Part shown: positions 10,266 through 20,000 of the stretch, piece by piece
How the letters are laid out: each line of letters starts with the position of its first letter
How positions within the stretch are numbered: the first letter of the stretch is position 1
DNA from: Psammoneis japonica
Lineage: Eukaryota
NCBI GenBank assembly: GCA_008632985.1
Contig: QPGO01000192.1
Location: 121,718 to 141,717 of the forward strand
Reading direction: 5' to 3'
Length of the DNA: 20,000 bases
Notes under the pieces: model-generated
Seen by the model: only the letters and a program-made list of their open reading frames with translations
Database searches by the model: none
What the model was told of the DNA's origin: nothing
Program-made: the position numbers and the translations under genes

Positions 10266-10797
10266 GTCGTTGTGAAAAAGCAAATGATGAACGCCGCAAC
10301 GCAACAGAGCGCCATTGGCAATCGGTGATGGCCGGTCTGTCAATGTCGAAAAAAAGACAGGAAAAAGGAAAAAGGAAAAAGACTGATTTATGATTTCTGT
10401 CCGAAAGAGTTTAGAAAATGGAATTTTAGTTTTTCACATGATTTTACCCCATTTCTGTCATTCGGTGTCAGACACACAGGCCGACGACACATATTTTCAT
10501 ATACATATTCAGTCTTTAATATCATGAATGAAACAATCCGAACACGCCGACCATCCGTTCAGCACCCGGACCCCCCAGCAAACATCGTAGAATTTGTACT
10601 GGATTTCACGTTCAAGAAAACTCTATGATCACTTTGGGTCAGAAACACTCATGATATTGATATGTTCAACGGCATGGCATTTTGGAGTTAGTTTACCGCC
10701 GTCGGACCACTTTTGCATCACAACAACACTGTAGAGTCCTCCATTTATCCATACAAGTCCATATTCTATCCTGAGTTAGAGTTAGTACTCTCTTATA

Positions 10798-13215
10798 ATG
10801 AGTTCCATGCACAGATCTTCCAAACGCCGCCGCCGCAAGCCTCTCTTTCAGCACGCTACGCAGGTTTCTACGGTAGAAGAGCGGCTGTTGCAACAAGCCA
10901 TTCAAAACTCCAAAATCGACACAAAACGACCCGTCGATGGCAAGCTAGACATTCCCGAGGGTCCCACCTTTTATCCCACCCATGAAGAGTTTCAGGGCAA
11001 CCCGATTGATTATATCGAGTCGATTCGCCCGATTGCTCAGCAATACGGGATTTGCAAGATTGTCCCCCCGGCGGGGTGGAATCCGCCCTTTTGTGTCGAC
11101 ATGGAGTCACAGAAAAAGTTTGCCACCAAAGAACAGCTGCTGCACCGGCTACAGGAGGGAATTAGTTTTGGAGACGGAGTCGAATACACGGCGGCCGAGT
11201 ATCAGCGCGTAGCAAGTCTACGTGCAAAAGAGTGGAAGGCCAAGCATTATCCCGATCATGATTTGCTAAAGAGCGCTCGTGATTACACGGCTGCCAATAA
11301 CACGAGTGATGCTGATTCAGAAAAGAAGAACGATGCGAAAATCATGACGCCGGAGAATTTGGAACGTGAGTATTGGGATATCGTAGAGACCCATACGCGT
11401 GAAGTTTCAGTGGAGTATGGGAACGATGTGGAGAGCAACATTTATGGTTCGGGCTTTCCTCTATCCGAACGCGGCCGTGCCTTGTATGGAACCAATTCCA
11501 AATCAAATTTACCCGAACCCGAATTTGGTACCCCCGAGTATTACCGTGAAACGTGGTGGAACCTAAACAACATTCCCCAAGCACCCGATTCTGTGTTGCG
11601 GCATGTCAAGGTGGGAATCAACGGTGTCAATGTGCCGTGGATGTATTATGGAACACTGTTCTCGACCTTTTGTTGGCATAACGAAGACAATTATCTGTAC
11701 AGCATCAATTATCACCACAAAGGTGCTCCCAAACAGTGGTATGGAGTGCCGGGGACCAAGAAGGATTCTGACGGAGTGGAAAAAGTCTTCAAGAGCTACC
11801 TGTCCATGAAGCTACGGGACATTCCGGACTTGCTCCATCACATCACAACCATGTTTAGTCCGCGCTTGTTACAGAATGCCAAAGTTCCCGTGTACAGGAT
11901 GTTGCAGTATCCCGGCGAGTTTGTCGTGACATTTCCGCGTAGCTTCCACGCTGGCTTTAGTCTCGGTCCCAATGCCGGAGAAGCGGTCAATTTTGCCACG
12001 CATGATTGGATTGCTCATGGCGCCGACGCCAATGAGCGTTATCGGTCCTATGCCCGACCGCGGTCTTTTCTCACGACCGTCTCACCTTTACCATGGCGAA
12101 CCACTTGAAGGAACAAAAGCACTACGCACGTGTCGATTGCTCTTGGCTGAGCTGGAACGCATTGTCAAGGAAGAACTCTCGTTGCGACACAAACTTATTC
12201 AGGATGGTGTCCGGGATGTTTCCGATATGATTACGTTACCTCGGAATCGTTTGGACCAACTGGATGAGGCGAGTGCCGATTATGATGACAAGCGCTTGTG
12301 TTTTGCCTGCAAGCACATTTGCTTCTTCTCGGCAGTTGCGTGTGAGTGCAGCCAAACCAAGGTGAGCTGTCTTCGACACTCACATTACATGTGCCGGTGT
12401 GTGACGGAACGCAAGTATCTGATGATTTGGAGTGACGAGGAGGAAATGAACGGGACTCTCGAGAAAGTACGGGACTTTTGTAACGAGTTGAAACAAAAAG
12501 AGGGTGTCGGCGGGACGGAGGAAACGGCGGCGGTTGAACTTCCAGCAAAAGCACCCGGTGTAGAGCGAGATGCGGAAGCTCACAAGAACGAAGAGCTTAC
12601 TCTTGAACCGGTCAATGCGGATCCGAATTACTTTCAACCCGCGACGAGGGACTCTCCTATCGCTGTGCCTGTTGCAAAGAGAGCCAAAACTTCAATGGCT
12701 GGGGCATCCATGTCGTCCTATACCTCTGGACTCGTGGAAGATACGTTGAGGGCCTACACTGCCCAAACCGCAAAGAATGCCCGGACTCAATGTGCGGATC
12801 TCGCGGCTGGAGGTCCGTCGTCTGGATCTGGGAAAGGTCGTGGCGAAGCTGCTACTGTAGGAAATGGCGCCATCGAAAGCCCATCCGGAGGGGGAGTAAG
12901 TGCGGCTGCTACCGCTGGAAGTCCATCTACGGACGGGGAAGATTTGTTTGGTGATGACGCCACTGAAACGACAGCGGCTACAAACAATGGCCAAGTAATC
13001 GTGGTATAGTAGAAGGACTGCCCGCTGCGAACTTGAGTTCGCCCATTGCTAGTGCCGTCGAAGCACCATCACTTGTAAAGAATAGCGCCGATGAGACGCT
13101 CAGTGCATGCTCCACTCAAGCGACAACGAACAAAGGACCAAGTGTTGAAGTCGCCGGTCTTGCTGGGGTTGCGGGATCTCTGACGCCTAAACTGGAGGTC
13201 GAGGGCAGCACGTAG
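10798..13215 (+). CDS. JmjN-JmjC-C5HC2 zinc finger histone lysine demethylase (KDM5/JARID1-like) with three apparent single-base deletions; 5' end uncertain
   Basis: JmjN: PTFYPTHEEF...YGICKIVPPAGW. JmjC: WNLNN, PWMYYG, FCWHNED, PKQWY, FPRSFHAGF, EAVNFA. C5HC2: CFACKHICFFSAVACEC...CLRH...C.C. Three -1 shifts (~12060, ~12110-12128, ~12990) give a continuous protein ending at 13215. Confidence 0.85.
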
Positions 13216-13645
13216 GATTTATCATTATTTATATCAAGACATTACTATTCTCAAAATGCTGTGATTTGCTTGCGTTTGTGGACAACCGATTGTTTCGAAA
13301 CTGCAATCTTTTCTCTGTGGTGATATCCCACGAAGACTATTATTTTTGGATAGATCCTTGGATGTGGATAACGTCTTCTTCTCCTTGGCTTGCAACAGTC
13401 TTCAGTTTGCATCTGAGGTTGCGAGGCAGCGCAATTCCATTGCGCATTATTTTCAAACAAGAAATTGTCCGTAGCTGGAGGAGCAGGTACCGGTAGAGTT
13501 TGGAATGTAGGAACCGAAGAGCTGAAAACATGAAATGTTCGATAGACACGGACAAGTGACTCTGGGGAGGAAAGAATGAGACCCGTCGTACACGCAGCGA
13601 AAGGGTGCAAATCTGGGGTGTAAATTGGGTTCCAATCAAGGCAAT

Positions 13646-14647
13646 CTAGCTACTCCAAACCTCTTCCAGGGTCTCTCTAAAGATCTGATTAAGCTGTTCA
13701 ACCGGCACCTTCTGCATCCTCTTTTCAAACCTTTCCGCTTCAAGGCGAACGAATTGGTCTTCGAGGAATTGGCTTATCACGGGAATGACTGGGCCCTCAT
13801 CCATTTCGGCACCGGACCGTTTCTCCTCAATAAGATCTTTGATGGCAGTTTTCAATTCACCGTCGGATAGAGTTCCTTCAAGCAAGGCTTGAAACTCTGT
13901 CGGAACCACACCCAGCTGCCTTTCCAACCACATCATAGCAAGAAGCGGCCGCAACACATAAAAGTACTTCTTGGTCCGGATCCGATCGCCGCGGAGGTAA
14001 CTCCGAAAGTTGCTCTTTGCCATCGAGTAGTAATGATACATGCAGGAGACTGGCGAATATACCTTCGGGGCCAAGTCTCGCATCTTTTGAGCGGTAGTGT
14101 ATTGTTCCAAATAAACAATGGGTGATCCAAGCCACTCAAGCAGCGGCGGGTTTGATTTCTCAAAAAGCTTTAGCGCCTTGCGCAAATCCCACCCGTTAAT
14201 GTCGAGATCATTGTAAATTGGCAATTCAATCACATCTCGAAGTTGTTCAAGTTCAACAGAGAGATACCAATCGGTAGGATGCACGTAGAGAAAGCGAACA
14301 TCGTAATCACTGTTGGCGGAGGGGAAGCCCCAGGCCCGCGACCCAGACTCGCATGCGTACAGTACCTTGACGGCGTGATCCTTTTCGATTTGATGGATTT
14401 CATCCATGATTTGCTTCCGGACCCCATCATAAATTTCAAATGTTCCATCAGGTTCCGAGAATTTCGGCGTGCCACATAGCCGAGGTTTTGGGGTAGACAA
14501 TTTGAGTCTGTGCACCTCATTGTGCCACGGCAACATGATTTTCGAACTGCCGTGCGTTGGCTGTTTCTTACGCTGTGGCACGGACAACGAGGTCACCAAG
14601 GGTGATGAACCTAAAGAAACAAGGAATGCAAGCGACAACAACCTCAT
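13646..14647 (-). CDS. Bacterial-type Pol-beta superfamily nucleotidyltransferase (RlaP/YcgL-like, PF10127-type) with N-terminal signal peptide and transit-like extension; intronless, 333 aa
   Basis: Core motifs: VLYACESGSRAWGFPSANSDYDVRFLY (GS plus DxD), RDVIELP, LDINGWDLRKALKL..KSNPPLLEWLGSPIVY, KKYFYVLRPLLA. ATG 14647 starts MRLLSLAFLVSLGSSPLVTS-LSV. Confidence 0.88.
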   Translation of the reverse strand: MRLLSLAFLVSLGSSPLVTSLSVPQRKKQPTHGSSKIMLPWHNEVHRLKLSTPKPRLCGTPKFSEPDGTFEIYDGVRKQIMDEIHQIEKDHAVKVLYACESGSRAWGFPSANSDYDVRFLYVHPTDWYLSVELEQLRDVIELPIYNDLDINGWDLRKALKLFEKSNPPLLEWLGSPIVYLEQYTTAQKMRDLAPKVYSPVSCMYHYYSMAKSNFRSYLRGDRIRTKKYFYVLRPLLAMMWLERQLGVVPTEFQALLEGTLSDGELKTAIKDLIEEKRSGAEMDEGPVIPVISQFLEDQFVRLEAERFEKRMQKVPVEQLNQIFRETLEEVWSS

Positions 14648-15962
14648 TCTGTTACTTGGAATCAAATCAAGGTATTTGAAGTGAAACAAACCACACTTCT
14701 TGCGAACGCCTGCCTGCCTGGTGGCAATTCACGACGGTTTGTCTGTCACCGTCTTTTACGTATACGAGAAAACCTGAAACATAACAAGCAAAAGGAGTTT
14801 CCAACGACTCGTCAAGCACACGAAGCTTATCTCCCTTGTACGACGTCCATCTGCGACCAGCAATCATTCGTCGCAAAAACGCCACTCGATTGACTTAACC
14901 TCATTTGCCGGAAACTAGATCCACAAAATTTGACCACCTGGGTTTACAGTCAAACAAAAACCCAGTCAATCAACAGCCACACCTAATTATCTATCTTCAA
15001 ACATGAAATCCCGTGGGTGATGGAAAACAACGAGAAAGCGCCAATTCCGGGAGGAATCCGCCTCGTACATGAATCGTTATTGGTACTTTCAAAAAAGCAT
15101 CGCGCTCTTCCATACCATCACCCCAATAACACTCATCAGGAAAATATGGTAGAGGATGTGCAGAGCCTGTCTGGCAGTGACCAAATCAGGACAATCGAAC
15201 GTAATCAAGAGTGAAACAACCGAAAGAAAATTTCGATCTTTGTCGGGTCATTCTCTTGTTGCCTGTCAAGCATCGCATTCTTCCACACTAGCGCACATGG
15301 ACCATTCAGTAGGAGCGCAGTAGAGCCTGGAGTGTTCATCCTTCCATTAGCACCCGCAGAACTTTGATTTCCTTTCACATTCTCCAAATGCTGGCATGAT
15401 TGACGCGACCCCAAGAATCTCCTGCGCAGCGCGAGGACACGCATCTGGCTGCATGCGAGTTGTTCTTCTTTTGTTATGTGTTTCAAAAAACATCAAAGAG
15501 ATGACAGAAATGAAAGATTTGCAAGCAGATTTTCAACATGGACAAATGAAAAGGGTGAGAGAGATGCGTCAATTGTCAGTTGGCGCAGCTTGGGCGGGTT
15601 GTCGGATTGGGGTCGTTTTTGGGCGAAAAAAATTCTAGAGATTCTATGGTTTTCATCGGCGTCCCCACCAGAAGACCATTGTCGCCAATGGGGAGGCACA
15701 TGACCGTTTGCTATGGCATTGCTCCGCTTTCTATTGAAGATCGAGATCATTGTTTCGGAGCAAAGATTATTGATATCAATGACGAAGAATCGCTTGGGGA
15801 AAATCATCGCATGGATGTGGTGCCAACAATGGCGCATGCTGGGGATGGAACTTTTCTGGGCGGACGCAAATATGAGGTGCATCATTATTGTATTAAAATT
15901 TTCAAATTGACCTTACAATGGTTAGTGACAAGTGTGACACCGTCAAGATAAGTCACCACGGT

Positions 15963-17449
15963 TTATGGTGTTTCTTTGCATTGCCGTGATTGCTGCCTCG
16001 AAGGTTTTCTCGGGTTTCTTCTTTGCTTGCGATGATTCTGTTTGTTCTGATTTCCTGAAAGGCCTACGCTATACTTTTTCCAATGAGGATACTTGTGATT
16101 TTTGACAGGCTTTCCCGCATGAATACCCTTTTGATTTCCCCAACGATTAGTTGCGTGCCATGGGCGCCAGTTTGGGTTGATCCTTGTAGGTGGACGGGTC
16201 GTCTCATATTGTGCCGTGGGTGCCCTTGTTGATGGCGCCGGGGTAGTTGGCTCGGGAGTTGGTGGAGCGGTTGGTGATGAGGTGGGACTCATTGTTGGGA
16301 CCCTTGTTGCTGGCGCCGGGGTAGTTAGCTTGGGAGTCGGCTGAGCGGTTGGGGACAATGTTGGACGTAAAGTTGGCGCTTGGGTCGTTGGCTCGAGGCT
16401 TGGCGGAGGCGTTGGTGTCAGAGTGGGACGAGCTGTAGGTGTTTCAGACGGAATCGAGAGATCCGAACACCAAGTGCGTTTGCTCGCGTCCAGCACTTTC
16501 GTCATGTCACAAATCGTTTCATACAACCAGCCTAGCACATGACTTAGGCGCACGTAGACTTCTGGGCATGTAATTGTATCAGCACAACCGAAGGCACCCC
16601 ACGAAACAACTCCGACTTGGATGTCTGCTGCTGGATCTCGTCCTCGAATGACTAGAGGCCCACCAGAGTCGCCATAGCATGGTCCGTCGACTTCAGAGAA
16701 CGCGCACATCATCTCATCTGTGAAGGTAAGCTCCATCTCGTCGAAAATCTCCGAGCAATCATCGTTTGTCAATGATTTGACAGAGGTCTCTAGCAAGAAA
16801 TCTGAATCAAGATAGTCTTCTGTCTCGCCAAACCCCATTACAGTCAGATCTGTTCCTGCAGCGGGAATGCTCTTTACATGGTTTATGGCGACGGGGGAAG
16901 CTGCAGATATACCGCGCAGTCGAATCAACATGACGTCATTCTCATCGGTAAAAAAGTTGTACTGCGGATGAGGGATCACTTCCGCAACTCTAAACCTCTC
17001 AAAGCTATCTTCAGAGTCAAACACACTGTATTTGCCAATGCTCACGAACTTCAAGGATTCGTGGTTGCAATGAGCAGCGGACAAGACGACATTGGGAGCG
17101 ACGAGCGATCCTCCGCAAAATTCATTTCCTTTTCTGTCTTCTAAGGATGCAAAATATGGATACCTGTTTCTCTTTGCATTACTTCCGCCAATGATAAACG
17201 TTGATGGTGGCGGATAACTTCTGTCTCGTTTCTCCGGCTTCTGAGATAGAGCGTGGGTTGGAGGAAAGCGATGTGTACAGTGAGTGAAATTCTTGGAAGC
17301 AAAAACACTTGCAATCGTTTTTAGCTCACCTTGTTTAAATGACCAAGGCCTCGTGGCCCGTCTAGACGGAAAACATTCACTTGATCTCCATTGGCGTTCT
17401 GACATCGAATCATAAAATGAAGGACGATGATGACACTAAAGACCTTCAT
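15963..17449 (-). CDS. Secreted S1A (trypsin/chymotrypsin fold) serine protease with Pro/Thr-rich stalk and basic C-tail; 2 exons, ~465 aa
   Basis: Exon 1 (17449-17330) encodes the signal peptide MKVFSVIIVLHFMIRCQNANG. Exon 2 (17240-15963) has IIGG, CGGSLV, LSAAHC (His), ENDVMLIRL (Asp), CYGDSGGP (Ser) and GVVSWG. Confidence 0.92.
16200..16445 (-). repeat. Coding Pro/Thr (PTxxPT) repeats including an imperfect 78-bp (26-aa) tandem duplication
   Basis: cccttgttgatggcgccggggtagttggctcgggagttgg at 16223 vs cccttgttgctggcgccggggtagttagcttgggagtcgg at 16301. Confidence 0.85.
17241..17329 (-). other. Intron of serine protease (89 nt, phase 0)
   Basis: AAG|GTGAGC donor, CTCAC branch-like site, pyrimidine-rich tract and TCTCAG acceptor. 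It joins the signal-peptide exon in frame with the protease ORF. Confidence 0.88.
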
Positions 17450-17876
17450 TATTTTGTGCACAAGTACAATGTAACACAAGATCAAGAACGTATTTTAGCA
17501 GTGAATTTGTTAGCACAGATTACGGAACGCTTTCTCTGCTGCAAATAAGAGTTTGTGAGATCAAAAAAGTGTTTCTTCTACAACGCAAGGCGGGGCACGA
17601 CTCATTCATCAAGTTCGAGCCATGTTCGAGGATGGGGCACAACTTTCGGCATCAAGTCCACATGCTGCTGTACTGGTAACTGTGTAGATGAGACTAATGA
17701 TAGTTTCAGAATGACTTATTTGTGACCATTGCTCAGAACTTTTTTAAGTGAGATGTGTCTGTGAAGACATTATGTTGAACAAACTTTTGTCTCGAACCGC
17801 GAAAAATAAAAAATATAAAAAGAACAAAACTTGTGGATCCCTGCTGCAAGCCGGTGTGCATGCACCGGCAGACCTA

Positions 17877-20000
17877 ACAGCACGAGACGGACCTTTCGCG
17901 CTTCGAGTCGTCACACGGCACGGGGGCGCATGGTGGCGGCCATTGCCACCCGCTTTCATCGGCATCCACCACCGACAGTCGAGTGCGCTTCCTGTTGCAC
18001 GACTCCATGTTTTTGTTTTGAAGGAGACCTGTTGAGTCTGTGAGAAATGATGCTTTTTGCTGCATTGTCTGGAGTCCCCAGCAGCAAAGCTTCACACACC
18101 AGTGACGCAAAGTTGCCAAGTGCAGCCCTCCTTTCCTTTTTTCAACAGGCCAGCCTTCTTGCAGCCTGGGCTTTGGGCAAACATGAGATGGAGAGGTCAG
18201 CTTGGTGCTCAACGCTTGTCTCCTCTGTCTGCTTTTTCAGCGCTGCACGCATCCCTTTCATTTTCTGTGTGCTGCATCGAAGCAGCTTGCCAGCACACAG
18301 AATTTTTCCAAAAAGAGAAACACACCATGCTGCAATGCAGAGGGCTGTGTGCAGCTCAGCACTGCAAGCTCAACAACAGGGGCTCCTTCAGGCATTTTTG
18401 TTTGTTTGAGTGAGAGCAAACACAGGGGCTCAGCAGAAAGAGGAAAACCGAGCCTTTTCCACCCGTGTCTGAAAGGGCATGAAGAGCAGGTGCAACACAG
18501 GAGGGGGCTCTGGTGGGCAAAAGAAGTCAGCAGCAAAGTTGTTCAGCCAAGACCCCAGTCGGTGCCACCAAAGCCATTGCATCAGCACAGAGGGAGTGGC
18601 AGGTCAGGGGCAGGAGTGCCAACTTTCAACATGGAAAATGGGGCCGACAAAGAGTGTGTGCTGCAGCCATGTGTGTGCAATCAACACAGAAAGTTTTGTG
18701 CACACTGCCCTTTTGCAACAGGTTTCACTGCTGTCCTTTTGGATGTTTTTTCTGGCTTGAACACAGACACAGCATGGGCCTTTTGGGCAGAAGGGGGGCA
18801 AGCAGAGCTGTGACCTTGCCAAGTGTGCACTTGTCATCAACCATGGCAAAACAACATCATCACCCATGACCTTGATTGGGGTGCCCAACATTTGACAAAT
18901 GTGCGGCAGTTTTTTCACAGCCTGGGCTTTGTTTTCACAGCCTGGGCTTTGTTGTTGGGGCAGATGAGGGGTGCGCAAAAGTCTTTGCCAGCCCCAAGGT
19001 GCACGGGGGATGACTGCACAACAAGACACAACTGTCATCTCTGCAAGCCACTTTGGCACCTGGCTGAGCTTGAGCTTGAGACTGCCAGGGTCATCACAAC
19101 AGCACAAGAAGAGGGGTCCGCACACCACCACCATCTTCTTCCATTTGGAGAACAAGGCTTGTTGCTCCTGAAGAGGAGACAATGGTGGGGTGATGTGGTG
19201 CAACAGTTGGCACCAGAGCTTCTGCATTTCTTGAAGACAAGTGTGCCAAGCTGTCGCTGGCGAGGGATGGCTCTGGGTGCTGAATCCCAGCGCTGCACCA
19301 GCAATGTGTGACAAGGCAATGGGCTCCGCTGCCCCCCATCTTGCTGTGGCCCAGAAAGTGTGCAAGAGGCAATGCTGGTGGCAGACAGAGCTTGTGACAT
19401 CCAACAGGCTCCTGCCATGGATGGTGCACAAGGCCACCAGGCCAACATCTTCTGGCAAATGATGGCCAACAACAACACCCTCATGACGAGGGGTGCAGAA
19501 GAACGTGGTGTTTGTTGGCAGTGCAGCTGCTGGAAATGATGGCAACCACCCGGCACATGCGCAGTCATTGATGCTCCTCCAATCTGACTCAGTCAGTGGT
19601 GATCAGAGTGCAGAGCATCTTGTGCACTGCCTTCAGGGTGATGGCATGGGCACCACGCATTGTGCACCACATGGTCAGACATCAGTGTGCACACACAAAT
19701 GTTGCACTGGATGCCTGGTGTACTCACAGAAAAAAGTGCCAAACTGCCACACTTTTCCCCAGAGGTGAGAGCAAGAAAAGCTGTGCGTGCTGGTTTTTTT
19801 GAAATGAACAGCCAGCAAGATAATTTGAGAACATGCAACATTGAGCCACATCACTCAAATTGACACCCAACAGACAAGCATCAAGAAATTGTTCCCCCAA
19901 ACTGCTTCTCATTGGTGGCTGCTCTTTTGAGGAAGACTCCTTTGATTTTGCTGAGGGGCGGGGGGCACAGACAAACAGAAAAACAGCACACAACAGCATC
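17877..20000. other. TpA-erased, CpG-depleted, TpG/CpA-rich degenerate block (right flank; probable decayed repeat or gene remnant)
   Basis: Manual scan finds only 2 TA (~19721, ~19821) in ~2.1 kb and roughly 25 CG in 18010-20000. Many overlapping Cys/His/Gln-rich ORFs with almost no Tyr. Confidence 0.9.
18912..18953. repeat. 20-bp tandem duplication
   Basis: ttttcacagcctgggctttg occurs twice in tandem. Confidence 0.9.

Noticed and set aside
14900..15951. Short ORFs and mild TA depletion (~15360-15630) between the nucleotidyltransferase and the protease
   Set aside because: No recognisable protein, and several TA remain. It may be a lightly mutated remnant, but the evidence is too weak to call.
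17592..17660. Degenerate ggggcac(g/a)act...catcaagt direct repeat upstream of the protease
   Set aside because: Only two short imperfect copies, and no function can be supported.
17850..17880. Hairpin followed by CTAA resembling a Helitron 3' end
   Set aside because: Spacing is too short, there is no following T, and no Rep/helicase remnant is visible.
18845..18870. MGDDVVL resembling RdRp/RT motif C
   Set aside because: No motif A or B at suitable spacing. A lone GDD is not evidence.
18047..19999. Many long overlapping ORFs (up to 313 aa) on both strands, also at 19-800
   Set aside because: They are by-products of TA loss, which removes TAA/TAG stops. They are Cys/His/Gln-rich, almost Tyr-free and have no recognisable domains.

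Overview
Eukaryotic, gene-dense window, most likely from a pennate diatom. This is inferred from the short 70-95 nt GT-AG introns and the gene families present. The central ~16.7 kb holds six genes: a class C-type 7TM receptor with a bacterial-type sugar-binding sensor (+), a 4-exon receptor with PhnD-like sensor, TM, kinase and class III cyclase (-), folylpolyglutamate synthase (-), a JmjN/JmjC/C5HC2 KDM5-like demethylase broken by three apparent -1 frameshifts (+), a bacterial-type RlaP/YcgL nucleotidyltransferase with a eukaryotic signal/transit presequence (-), and a 2-exon secreted S1 serine protease with a Pro/Thr stalk (-). The most striking signal is in the flanks (1-~1085 and ~17877-20000). 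They are almost free of TpA (about 2 per flank by manual count), depleted of CpG and rich in TpG/CpA. The TpA loss extends beyond the CpG loss, and an embedded aminotransferase remnant has Cys (TGC) where the family has Tyr. This suggests a targeted TA->TG/CA hypermutation process, opposite in direction to fungal RIP.
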